A stretch of DNA of 64,000 nt from Macrostomum lignano (taxonomy: Eukaryota), in assembly GCA_002269645.1 (NCBI GenBank), contig NIVC01001362.1, positions 62,001-126,000 on the forward strand, in the 5' to 3' direction. The notes under the pieces were generated by a model, which had not been told where the DNA came from, ran no database searches, and saw only the letters and a program-made list of their open reading frames with translations. The number at the start of each line of letters is the position of its first letter. The first letter of the stretch is position 1. Of this stretch, positions 36,601 through 62,324 are shown piece after piece. Made by a program: the position numbers and the translations under genes.

Positions 36601-37855
36601 GATTGATCGATGGATCGATTGAATAATGGTTTTATTTATTTTTTTATTTATTCATTACTTCATTGTTTGGTTTTTCGATTAAAGCAGTACAGTAACTGTT
36701 TATTTAGTAGTTAGTCCAACATTAGCTAAGAACGATTGCTCAGGCCCCCCCATCGATCAATTCCTCCTAGGCCACGCAGTCTGTCACATCAGAGTCGCCT
36801 CAGAGCCAGCAACTGCTGGAAGCTCAAAGCCGTGAACGCCAGTCGCTGCTAGCCCGCCTGAAATCCGCGGCCGAGGACTGCGCCAACCTGAGGCTCGATC
36901 GCGAGGCGATGCGGCGACAGCTCGATGCGGCGCAGTTCGATCGGCGAATGGCGCTGGCCGAAGCCGAGGAGAAGCGGGCCGACTTGGCGACGGCGAGGCG
37001 AGAGGTCGACGACAGGGATGGGCGGTTGGAGAGGATGGCGGCGAGTCAGGTGAGACATGATGGGATTTGAGTCTGTGATGATGGGATTTGAGTCTGTGAT
37101 GATAGGATTTGAGTCTGTGATGATGGGATTTGAGTCTGTGATGATGGGATTTGAGTCTGTGATGATGGGATTTGAGTCTGTGATTATGGGATTTGAGTCT
37201 GTGATTATGGGATTTGAGTATGTGATGATGGGATTTGAGTCTGTGATGATGGGATTTGAGTCTATGATGATGGACTTTTAATCTGTGATTATGGACTTTG
37301 AGTCTGTGATGATGGAATTTGAATCTGTGATGATGGAATTTGAATCTGTGATGATGGGATTTGAGTCTTTGATTATGGGATTTGAGTCTGTGATGATGGG
37401 ATTTGAGTCTGTGATGATGGGATTTGAATCTGATGACCAATGCACAGAGAGTGTACATGCTTGATGATTAGAAAGTCATGGCCGAATTTTATTGCCAAAT
37501 TCTCCAATTCTGCTTGGCCTCAGGTGCGCACAGAGAAGGAGGTTGGCAATCTTCGAAGCCAGCTGTCAGAGCTGCGCCGTCAGCTGGACTCGGCCGAGAA
37601 CAGTCGCCAAGCTGAAGCAGCCGAGAACCAGCGTCACCGGGCCAAGATCCTGAGCCTGGAGTCTCAGCTGGACAGCCGCATTCAGGAGCTCGCCGCGGTC
37701 ACCAACGCGCTGATCGAGAAGCGACGCTCCGAAGAGGACCTGCTGGCTCGGGTGCAGCAGCTGCAGCGGCAGCTCTCCAGCTCCGAAGAGACCGTGACCA
37801 GACTCAAGGGGCAGTTGGAAACCGAGCAAACTCGACCGCGAGTTGCCGCGCCCCT

Positions 37856-37886
<31 letters not shown>

Positions 37887-39724
37887 AAGCAGCCACCAGT
37901 TCTGCCCACAGTTGAAGAGGAGGTGCAAACAGCCGACACTGCGGCACCATGGCCTGAGGAGATGAATCAACGGATGGCAGAGCTGGATGCCAGGATTAAC
38001 CGGCTGATCGCTGGAGCTCGAGAGGGGGTCGGCGGTGGACCTTCGGAGCAGCGGCGGAGAGTGGGGTGGGTGCTGATTGGCGGGGAGTGGGGTGGGTGCT
38101 GATTAGCGGGTAGCGGGGAGTGGGGTGGGTACATAGGCTTCTCCTTCACTAATTCAGAATCCCAACTTCATCCCCGACCCCAATCCCACAGTGCCCCAGG
38201 CATCGAGCCAGAAGCAGACGAGCAGCCAGAGTCGGCAACCGCGCACCGCAGCAGCCAGCAAGTGGCCACTTCAACACCGCAGGCTCCCAGAATTGACACC
38301 CAAACTGAGCCAATGCCAACCAATCAGCGAATCGATTTGCTGCTGAACCGAACCGAGCAGTTGGAGGCCAGCAACCAGCAGCTGGCAAAAGATGTTCGAA
38401 TGCTCCGGCAGATGTGCGCAGATCTGCTGGAGTCCCGAAAGGAGCTCAAAAATGAACTGGCGGTTGCTAAGGTGAAGGAGAAAAATCGAATAACTTAGAG
38501 TTTCTTCCTAGATCAAGCCTCCCATGAGCCCAAACAGTTTTATTTACTTAAATCCCATCATCACAGACTGAAATCCAATAATCACAGACTCAAATCCCAT
38601 CATCACAGACTCAAATTCCATCATCACAGACTCAAATCCCATCATCACAGACTGAAATCCCATCATCACAGACTCAAATCCCATCATCACAGACTCAAAT
38701 CCCATCATCACAGACTGAAATCTCATCATCACAGACTGAAATCTCATCATCACGGACAGCTGAAATCCCAATTTAACCCCATTTTTAAACCTCCATATTT
38801 TCGCCGCAGATGTCTGGCTCGACCTCAGCAGCCGCTAATCTGGAGAGCTCCGATGTGAGTCAGGCTCACCATCAGGGCCTGTCAGACTACCTGTTCCAGA
38901 CTGAGACCCTGAGGGCGATGATTCTGCGTCAGCTACGCGACCTGCAGAACTCCAAGCAGCGGCTGCAGTTTAGGTGTGACAAATATGAGCTGGGAACACA
39001 TTGATCACAATTTCAAATCTCACAGTCCCGATTTCAAATCTCATAGTCCCGATTTCAAATCTCATTGTTCCGATTTTAAATCTCACAGTTTCGACTTTAA
39101 ATCTCATAGTCTCGATTTCAAATCTCACAGTCCCGATTTCATTTCTCACAGTTCCGATTTTAAATCTCATAGTCCCGACTTTAAATCTCACAGTCCCGAT
39201 TTCAAATCTCATTGTTCCGATTTTAAATCTCACAGTTTCGACTTTAAATCTCATAGTCCTGATTTCAAATCTCAGTCCCGATTTCATATCTCACAGTTCC
39301 GATTTCAAATCTCATAGTCCCGACTTTAAATCTCACAGTCCCGATTTTAAATCTCACAGTCCCGATTTCGAATCTCATAGTCCCGATTTCAAATCTCACT
39401 GTCTCAAATTCGCACGGCAGGTCTCAGCAGCGGGAGCTATCTCTGTCACAAGAGCTGCAGTCTCAGCAGGCCGCCGTTGACAGGTCTTGGCAAGCCTTGC
39501 AGGCGAGTCTGAGCGCATCTGCCCAGCCTAGGAACTCTTCCTCAGTTGGGGCTTATCGCGATTTCTACCTGAGACGCGCTGGCAACATCGTCGCCTCCAA
39601 ATCCAAGGCCGCCGAGTCGACTCGCCTCATTGAAGCCATTCGCCGACACCCGCTGAGCGACGCCGTCAAACGATGCGGATGTCGGCACGCTGACAACTGC
39701 CCGATGAAGGCGGAATGGCAATGA
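33643..39724 (+). CDS. Coiled-coil protein gene A (multi-exon, 5' end uncertain); paralog of gene B
   Basis: Exons ~33643-34087, ~35125-35606, 36771-37049, 37524-~38040, ~38158-38471, 38810-38973 and 39421-39724. The 35606/36771, 37049/37524, 38471/38810 and 38973/39421 joins are phase-compatible; the 34087 and ~38040 joins are unresolved. Heptad-rich segments include ECANLRLDREAMRRQL and VRTEKEVGNLRSQLSELRRQL. Confidence 0.72.
34110..34620. repeat. Pyrimidine-rich CCTTCATCTGCCT-type repeat (intronic)
   Basis: Degenerate 11-14-bp units. Confidence 0.9.
34870..35124. repeat. 21-bp repeat (AATGTTAAATACAAGCTCCAG)
   Basis: About 12 copies diverging towards the 3' end. Confidence 0.9.
35632..36612. 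repeat. Compound (GATT)/(GACT) microsatellite filling a gene A intron
   Basis: Continuous tetramer mixture. Confidence 0.97.
37057..37435 (+). repeat. 21-bp minisatellite (ATGATGGGATTTGAGTCTGTG)
   Basis: About 18 copies; the reverse complement of the array at 38546-38770. Confidence 0.96.
38546..38770 (-). repeat. Same 21-bp minisatellite in the opposite orientation (AAATCCCATCATCACAGACTC)
   Basis: About 10 copies. Confidence 0.95.
39010..39400. repeat. 21-bp minisatellite (AAATCTCATAGTCCCGATTTC)
   Basis: About 18 copies in the last gene A intron. Confidence 0.95.
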
Positions 39725-39945
39725 TGATAATAATAAAAATGGAAATATTACTACCATTCATGAAAATGATTTAAGAATTTCAAATACAATGAATTGAAAT
39801 AGAATTTGAACCGCCAGCAGACTGACTTTGAAAAATAACAAAAAGTATAATAAATAAACAGAAATAAATTCAACCATACAGAAAAGCAAACACAATTGAA
39901 CGGAATGAATTATGAAGTTTTGTTTATGCGAATTTTTTTGACAAT

Positions 39946-40523
39946 TGCAGTTCTGTGACAGTGCCTTTGATTGGCTCGATTGTCTATGGCCGAGAGCAGT
40001 TCTGTGGCAGTGGCTTTGATTGGCTTGATTGTCTATGGCCGAGAGCAGTTCTGTGGCAGTGGCTTTGATTGGATTGATTGTCTATGGCCGAGAGCAGTTC
40101 TGTGGCAGTGGCTTTGATTGGCTTGATTGTCTATGGCCGAGAGCAGTTCTGTGGCAGTGGCTTTGATTGGATTGATTGTCTATGGCCGAGAGCAGTTTTG
40201 TGACAGTGGCTTTGATTGATTTTCTATGGCCGAGAGCAGTTCTGTGGCAGTGGCTTTGATTGGCTTGATTGTCTATGGCCGAGAGCAGTTTTGTGACAGT
40301 GGCTTTGATTGATTTTCTATGGCCGAGAGCAGTTCTGTGACAGTGGCTTTGATTGGCTTGATTGTCTATGGCCGAGAGCAGTTTTGTGACAGTGGCTTTG
40401 ATTGGCTTGATTGTCTATGGCCGAGAGCAGTTTTGTGACAGTGGCTTTGATTGGCTTGATTGTCTATGGCCGAGAGCAGTTCTGTGACAGTGGCTTTGAT
40501 TGGCTTTATTGTCTATGGCCGAG
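39946..40523. repeat. 49-bp minisatellite (GAGCAGTTCTGTGGCAGTGGCTTTGATTGGCTTGATTGTCTATGGCCGA)
   Basis: About 12 copies, two with a short internal deletion. Confidence 0.96.
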
Positions 40524-40914
40524 TTTTAAAGGCAAAACTTTCTATAGATTCTGAATAGAATACAGAATATTGTGTGGCCACTGCTGTCCTTGAGAAATAT
40601 TCTTTGAGAAAAATTATACCAAAGAGATCCTCGAGCTCGGAGGATTTCCTTTTCTCATAAATATGTTTCTCAAAGTCAGTTCCTTCTCTCTGATGAGAAG
40701 TCTGGAGAGTCTTTGGATTACACCAAGCCCGACTAAAACTGACAATGAGCATGAGAAGTTCAATTATCTTACCCTCGCCTTTGTTGAAGTCTTTAAATAA
40801 TTATATATTTCAAGCATAAAGCATCGGACGTGAATACCGTTAGGACAGGGGGCTCATATCTCCGTAGTGTATTTTTTCCTATCCTTTTCAATTGCCGCCT
40901 ATTTCTCCAGTGCT

Positions 40915-41492
40915 AACCCCATCCCCTTATCACTAACCCATCCCCATATCACTAACCCATCCCCATATCACTAACCCCATCCCCATGTCACTAACCCCAT
41001 CCCCATGTCACTAACCCCATCCCCATATCGCTAACCACATCCCCATATCACTAAACTATCCCCATATCACTAAACTATCCCCATATCACTAAACTATCCC
41101 CATATCACTAACCCATCCCCATATCACTAACCCCATCCCCATATCACTAACCCCATCCCCATATCACTAACCCCATCCCCATATCACTAACCCCATCCCC
41201 ATATCACTAACCCATCCCCATATCACTAAACTATCCCCATATCACTAACCAATCCCCATATCACTAACCCCATCCCATATCACTAACCCATCCCCATATC
41301 ACTAACCCCATCCCATATCACTAACCCATCCCCATATCACTAACCCCATCCCCATGTCACTAACCACATCCCCATATCACTAACCCCATCCCCATATCAC
41401 TAACCCCATCCCCATATCACTAACCCATCCCCATATCACTAACCCCATCCCCATATCACTAACCCCATCCCCATATCACTAACCCATCCCCA
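40915..41492. repeat. 19-20-bp minisatellite (CCCATCCCCATATCACTAA)
   Basis: About 29 copies. Confidence 0.96.
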
Positions 41493-41802
41493 TCCCCTAA
41501 TCGCTACCACATTCTGCGTGCACTTTATCTATAAATATCTATCTATACCTAGCCATATAAGAGCGCAAGTGCAGACTCAGCTATGGGTTGCAAATCAAAT
41601 ACTTTTACCAGACTCCTCGGCCATAGACAGCACAAGGCAAATCAGTGCTTGGCTTTCAGATTTTCTCTAATTAAATTTCAATCTGCACCCGAATAAAAAT
41701 TCGCCAACTCACGCAGGCCGCTCAGAGGTCTGTTTGTGCAATTCATTTGAGTAACTTGGCACCAGCAATAACACTAGCAACAGTAACTCGACGACTACAA
41801 TA

Positions 41803-55869
<14,067 letters not shown>

Positions 55870-56984
55870 CCTGCCGCTTTACAATATTATGTATACCTCA
55901 TTTTGTAGTAAAACATTCCCAAATTATTTTCCTATTCGCTTATTCGGAGCAGCTGCCCTCATGCTGCAGCCGAATTACCTTTTTCCTGTCTTTATCTTAC
56001 GGCGCAGTTGAACTTTGGTGCCAACGTCGTGAAAATTTGTTTTCATAAACTGTTTTCGTCCCTATAATTTTAAACGCAGACTCTGAACTTAAAATTTTGC
56101 AGCAAAAAGCCGGACGTTATAATCGTCCACTTTTGTCAGTTGGCAACTATCTATACTTTAACTGCCTCTACGAACATTAATTATAACTGCACCGCTATGA
56201 TGTGGTCAGAATTTATCAAATAGTTTCGATTTGACTCCATTAAAAAATTTAATGTAAGATTCCACTTTTACACGTACACACAAGATCTTCTTCTAGTGAT
56301 GTATGCTGCTGAAGGAAGCACGTCATAAAATGGATTTGTAAGTGACATCCCTGCAGTAATGTGGAATGTACATGTACAGTAAATAGAATTCCGCGTCCAC
56401 ATGCTGCTATCAACAGGGCCATAACTTATCAAAATATCAGGCACATACACGTGTACACGCGTGTACATGTATGTACATGTATTGGTAATGTCAGTGAAAA
56501 AAAAACGCTCGATGTAGATCGCTAAAAAGTATTGCATTTACAGTTTCGAACACCTCCATTAATTAGTCAAATGCTGTTAATAAGGAATTTTTCGATACAT
56601 GTACATGTACAGTCTATATAACATACTGGACTACTAAATGGACTAAGCTATATAGTGTTCCTGTACGAATCGAAATTTCACTCCATTCATAATCATATCT
56701 TCATAATTATCTTCATCTACTACTCGTATCTTCACAAATTCAATAGGCGCGCCATTTCAGTATGTGCTTCCAGAGATTGCAATGAAATACATGTACATAC
56801 ACATGAACTGACCAATAGAAATAAAAGATGAATATGCATGTACGCGTTGGTTCGTACATGTAGCTATATAGCGTGGGAAACCCGCACCAGCTAAGTTCTA
56901 GTAAGGATCCATGTGACGACAATCATTTTAGTAATGTGTACAACAACAACAAAACTGCACTGCATGTCAGCGTTACAGGGCGCG

Positions 56985-58570
56985 CCTCAGGGCCAGGTCA
57001 CGAACAAAGTACGCCACGCCTGGCCGCTGGGCGAATCCGCGGGGCGCCGGTGTCAGCCAGCAGGCAGTCGAAAAAACGCTGAGTGTGGGCCTGCCCCTGC
57101 CGGTAGGGTGCCTGCAGCGTCACCTCCTGCTTTGGACCCCCAGGGAAATGAAACGGGAAGAAGCGGGTTAGCCTCCGCATCAACGGCAACCAGATCGCGT
57201 ATGACCTGGCACCGGTGTACCTTGGAGCGTGACTGGACGGTCGGCTAACCTTTAACAAGCATGCCGCAGGTGTCCGGGCTAGGATGGCGCCCGACGACGG
57301 CCGCTGGCAGCCATGGCCAATCGCAGCACCGGCGCCGATCAGAGCATCAGAGCAGCATACGTCAGCACCATCCGCGCCGTGGTGGACTACGCGGCGGGCA
57401 CCTGGTTGTGCGGCGCAGCCCCGTCTACAAGAAGATCTATCGAGAGGCGATCATTACTGGTTGCGTCCTGCCATCTAAAACTTGGAGAGTTCTCAGACTG
57501 GCGGACCTTCACCGATCTCCTTCGTTGCCTCGGAGAGAGCCGCCAGGCTTTGTGAACGGATCCTCCGCCTGGAGCTTAACGTGTCAGCCGTTACCACAGC
57601 AACTGCCACCTCAAGACCAAGGCTCAAGAACCGCACGCTCGAAGCACTCGCACGGTCTAACGACAACCGGGACGCGGAAAGATTGGACGACGCCACTAGA
57701 AGACCGTTCCGGAACTGCTGGCGCAGCGCTGTCACGGAGCTCCTGTCGGTCACGGTCCTCGATGCGCACCGGCGAGGCGACGCGGCGACCTTAGGCATCC
57801 CACCGTAGGAAGCTGCTGTCAACGATAAGGTTATCTTCAACCTCGAAGCAGCTGCCTGCTGCCGCCGCTCGGACCCTCAGGTGGCTAGAAACGCGGTGGC
57901 GCTCGAGGTGCTCGGAATGCCCCCCCCCCCCAGGGCTGACATCTGTGTCTCCGTGCTGGCTCCGGGCTGGCTCCGTGGCTGAAGGCACTGAGCCAGGTGG
58001 TAGCGCGGCCATCGTCTGCACTGAGTTGGCGACTTTTGTGAAAAAACAACCAGCATGCAGGTACCTGCAGCTCCTTTGACGCGGGGGATGATCGCTATCA
58101 GGATGGCCCTGGAATTCACCAAAGACGCAACCCGCCAAGGCAGGGCGCGAATCTACAGCGACTCCCTGTCCTCGCTCACGGCACTACAATTGTAGGCCCA
58201 CAGGCCCAGGAAACTGCAACCGGCATCAGATGCTGGCACCTGCTGCTCGAAATCAGCCGCAACACCCCCCCCCATTAATCTGCAGTCTAGGTGCCGGCGC
58301 AAGCTGCGGCATGCCCCTCAATGAGGCGGCAAACAGAGAGAGCTGCCGGGTCAGCCAGAAGCCTGCCACAGAACGACGCACCGGTCTCCCTCAGCGTTGC
58401 CAAGACTGCCGTTCGGCGCGACTGGCGCGCCATGGAAGATAGCACCCTCCCGACACGCGCTGGCCGGCCTTCAATCCTAACTGGCTGGACGGCCGGCGCT
58501 GGCCCCCGCCTGTATCGGCGCCGCCGCGCCGCAATGGCGAGTTCTGAATCAGAAGAAGAAGAAGAAGAAG
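56985..58570 (+). mobile_element. Decayed 5'-truncated LINE with RT end and RNase H (I/Ingi-like), ending in (GAA)6
   Basis: Remnant motifs GAPQG, IRAAYVSTIRAVVDYAAGTW, AIRMALEF and ARIYSDSLSSLTAL (RNase H), with many frameshifts and a GAA tail at 58552-58569. Confidence 0.75.
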
Positions 58571-59647
58571 CACAGCTCCTGCACCGGCTGTGCAGTGGGC
58601 AGTACTACGTCTCGGCGCGGATGAGGTGGCCTGCCAGCTGAAGTTGCCGATGTAATATATTCATGTAATGTACTATAAGTATTTGTGGCATAAATTTAAA
58701 TTGCACACGTACTTAAAGGCTAAGCTGCATGTTACGTCACATGTAGATATATTAAACAATGTATTTTGGTCATGAACTTGAATCGGCCCTTTACAAAAGT
58801 TACAACTTTAATCATCGCTGAAGATCAGTGTCAAAAATATAACGTCGCGCTTCTGCTGAGCAAAAACATGTTACTCGCTTTTCTTGAGAATTTTATTTTT
58901 CACAGCCAATCAAATAGCCACTCCATTTGTTTGAAACTTTGTTGGCGTTCTTGGCAACATTTCGGTTTTTATTGTCTCCCGCTTAATTTTATGAAATAGA
59001 TTTATCTATGAAATAGCTAGAGTTAGACAGCGGACCATAAATCAGTTGAAAGTACCACTCCATGTCCAAGGGTGATTGTGCAGAAAAAAATCAGAAATCA
59101 ACAGCCCTTTAGGATTCAATAGCTTCCTTAAGCCAGTTAGGATTGAAAAAATATATTTTGGATTTTTCATACAACAAAACACCATTTGTAACATTAAACT
59201 GCTGTAGGCCTATTTGTAGTTAACTAGAATAATAGTTTGTGACAAACACAAATTCATAGCTAGATTTCCTAATTTTTACAATCGATCTATAGTGCCTGAT
59301 AGGGTAGGTGAATAGAATACAAATTCTAGAAGTAGCCTAAGGCCTAGTATTGAATTTCAAGGCCTGCTTGACTAATACTTTATTTGTTGTTTATACAATT
59401 GACATTGTATCATTCAGCAACATTATTCTAGCTGCTCCATATATTTTTTTCTATAAAAAAACTATTAATTTAATTGCTAAAATATTTTTACTTTAAATAG
59501 CAAAGATAGTTGTCTATTTGGTTATATTTTAAGTTTAACAAGTCCTTAGTTGTAGGCCTACCTAGTCCTAATTTATTTTTGTAGATCCCCCCTCTAGCTA
59601 GCTAGTTTAGGTTAGATAAGCATATTAATATATTTTTTGCTTGAAAA

Positions 59648-60861
59648 ATGTCTTTTGCAGGCTTTAAAAAACAGATCAGCAAAGCTAATCAGGTAAGCAT
59701 TAGGCCCTAATATAGTATTTGTCATGCTATCTCAGCCTGGAGACATCCAAACTCAGCCAGCCCATCTCAACAGTGCGATTTTTTTACGTAAGCCAGTCAA
59801 GTTTTACCATAGACATGCTTCTTAAGGCCATGCTATCTCAGCCTGGGACATGCAATCTCAGCCACTTTTCAGATTCTTACTGACTTTTCTTGCTGCGTTC
59901 ATTCATTGCTGTTTGTTGCCATTTCATGTCACGTTATAGAAATGATAGCATTGAGATCTGTTTGCAATTGAAATCTATATTGGCTGAGATTGCATGTCCC
60001 AGGCTGAGATAGCATGGCCCCAAGAAGCACGTCTATGGTAAAACTCGACTAGCTCGAGCCAAAAAACGCATTGCGGAGTTGGGGCTGGCTGAGTTTGGAT
60101 GTCCCTAGGCTGAGATAGCATGACAAAAGCTATAGTATTTTAATAATATTGTTATATTGTTGTATAATTTGAATTTAAAATTGAAATAAATGATTCCTAA
60201 TACTTTTCCTTCTTTATTTAGCTTTTCAATGAGAAGCTTGCAGGAGCTAAGGGTACAGAGCTGGAATCAGATTTTGTGGAAATGGAACGGGTATGTTTTA
60301 ATAAGCAATTTTAATTTTTGTCAAATTTAATTCTGTTTTCTAAATGTCAACCTAAAACAAATAAATGGAACTTTATATTTTCATTGTAGAAAATTGATGT
60401 CACTGGCAAAATGATTGAAGAATTGATTACAAAAACTCAGGACTACCTGCAACCAAATCCTAGTAAGTAAAGTCAGTTAAAAATATTTAAAAAATAAATT
60501 ATACCTAGGAATAGTCATTTATGCATGATATATATTACTAAATTGTAGGAATTTAATAATATCAATGAATATTTTTTGATAAAAATCATATATTATATCA
60601 TATATTTTTGTAAGACAGGGATCTTATTCAATCCCTAGTCTATATGCATTTTAATCACCATGCTATATTCAGCTCAATTAAAAATCATAAATTTGCAAAA
60701 CAACCCACATTACACAGTGGCTCGGGCACGAATCTCGGCTGTGAAAGGTTTGAACAATCTGCAGAATAAAAGCCGCAACATGGCTTATCCTCAGCCTGAA
60801 GGTCTCTTAGGCGATGCAATGATCAAGCATGGCAAGGACCTGGGGCACAACTCTTCACTGG
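59648..60861 (+). CDS. SH3GL: Endophilin A (N-BAR), first four coding exons; the gene continues downstream
   Basis: Exons 59648-59692 (MSFAGFKKQISKANQ), 60222-60290 (LFNEKLAGAKGTELESDFVEMER), 60390-60462 (KIDVTGKMIEELITKTQDYLQPNP) and 60718-60861 (MARARISAVKG...YPQPEGLLGDAMIKHGKDLG). All joins are GT-AG and phase-consistent, and the sequence matches the endophilin A H0 helix and BAR start. Confidence 0.95.
59715..60130. mobile_element. Fold-back MITE with ~150-bp imperfect TIRs, flanked by TATA
   Basis: 59715-59864 is the imperfect reverse complement of 59981-60130. TATA at 59711-59714 and 60131-60134. Confidence 0.82.
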
Positions 60862-60944
60862 GTAATCAATATTAATTTTTTGTGCCAGAAAGTCCTAGGT
60901 TCGATTGCTAGAGTGGAGCTTGAATGGTTAACAACATACAGTAG

Positions 60945-61745
60945 TCACACAGACAGGAGAGTCACACAGACAAGAGAGTCACGCAGACAGGAGAGTCACA
61001 GACAGGAGGGTTACACTGACAAGAGTCACACAGACAAGTCACACAGACAAGAGAGAGTCACACAGACAAGAGAGTCACACAGACAAGAGAATCACGCAGG
61101 CAAGAGAGTCACACAGAAGAGTCACACAGACAGGAGGGTTACACTGACAAGAATCACACAGACAAGTCACACAGACAAGAGAGAGTCACACAGACAAGAG
61201 AGTGTTACACAGACAAGAGAGTCACACAGACAGGAGAGTCACACAGACAGGAGGGTTACACTGACAAGAGTCACACAGACAAGTCACACAGACAAGAGAG
61301 AGTCACACAGACAAGAGAGTGTTACACAGACAAGAGAGTCACACAGACAGGAGAGTCACACAGACAGGAGGGTTACACTGACAAGAGTCACACAGACAAG
61401 TCACACAGACAAGAAAGTGTTACACAGACAAGAGAGTCACACAGACAGGAGAGTTACACAGACAGGAGGGTTACACTGACAAGAGTCACACAGACAAGAG
61501 AGTGTTACACAGACAAGAGAGTCACACAGACAGGAGAGTCACACAGACAGGAGGGTTACACTGACAAGAGTCACACAGACAAGTCACACAGACAAGAGAG
61601 AGTCACACAGACAAGAGAGAGTCACGCAGGCAAGAGAGTCACACAGACAGGAGGGTTACACTGACAAGAGTCACACAGACATGAGTCACACAAACATGAG
61701 AGTCACACTGACAAGAAAGTCACACAGACAAGAGAGAGTTACAAA
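60945..61745. repeat. Purine-rich compound repeat (GACAAGAGTCACACA-type) with a ~117-bp higher-order period
   Basis: A 39-codon repeat is visible in the spurious ORF 60829-61479; it lies in an endophilin intron. Confidence 0.93.
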
Positions 61746-62324
61746 AAACAGGAGTCTGTAGAACAATTAGTTTAGTATGTCAATATTTCAAGTAATTAAT
61801 GCCCCATTTCATCCACCTGTGTTTCCTAAGTTAGTTTAGTATTTGAATTTCAACAGTTTATGGCGGTCCTATTCGCTTTCAAACTATAGCTGGTTTTCAG
61901 CCATTTTTAAAAAGAATTGACTGTCGTGAAAGAAGATTCAAATTTGCTGTGCAATTTACTCTTTCACGAAGTTAGTCAAAAACCCTTTATTACCTGACTA
62001 CCTGTGGTTAGCCTGACACACTAAATCTTGCTTTTATCAGCAGCCTGGAATCTAGAGATATTTTAGCGCATTAAACTTCGTATTTTTATCTGGTCCATTT
62101 TTCAACCAGTGTACAATTCTGTAAGTTCAGTGTACAGTCCAAGTGTGCGCAAAGTGACTGCAACAGTGCTACGTAGAAAGCATTTCAAATTTGTGTTTTT
62201 ATACATGTAAGGCACAAACAGGTTTAAATAGAATTACAGTTTGGCATTTGCACTGGGTCAAGTAATAGCTTTTCTTGAAAGCAGGCCAAACCTTTTAACT
62301 AATGGACCAAATGAGGTATCTTTT

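Noticed and set aside
36784-37458. His-rich LKSHHHR ORF on the minus strand
   Set aside because: Antisense reading of a 21-bp intronic array plus a gene A exon.
60829-61479. 216-aa RESHRQ-repeat ORF
   Set aside because: It crosses an endophilin donor into an intronic repeat with a 117-bp period.
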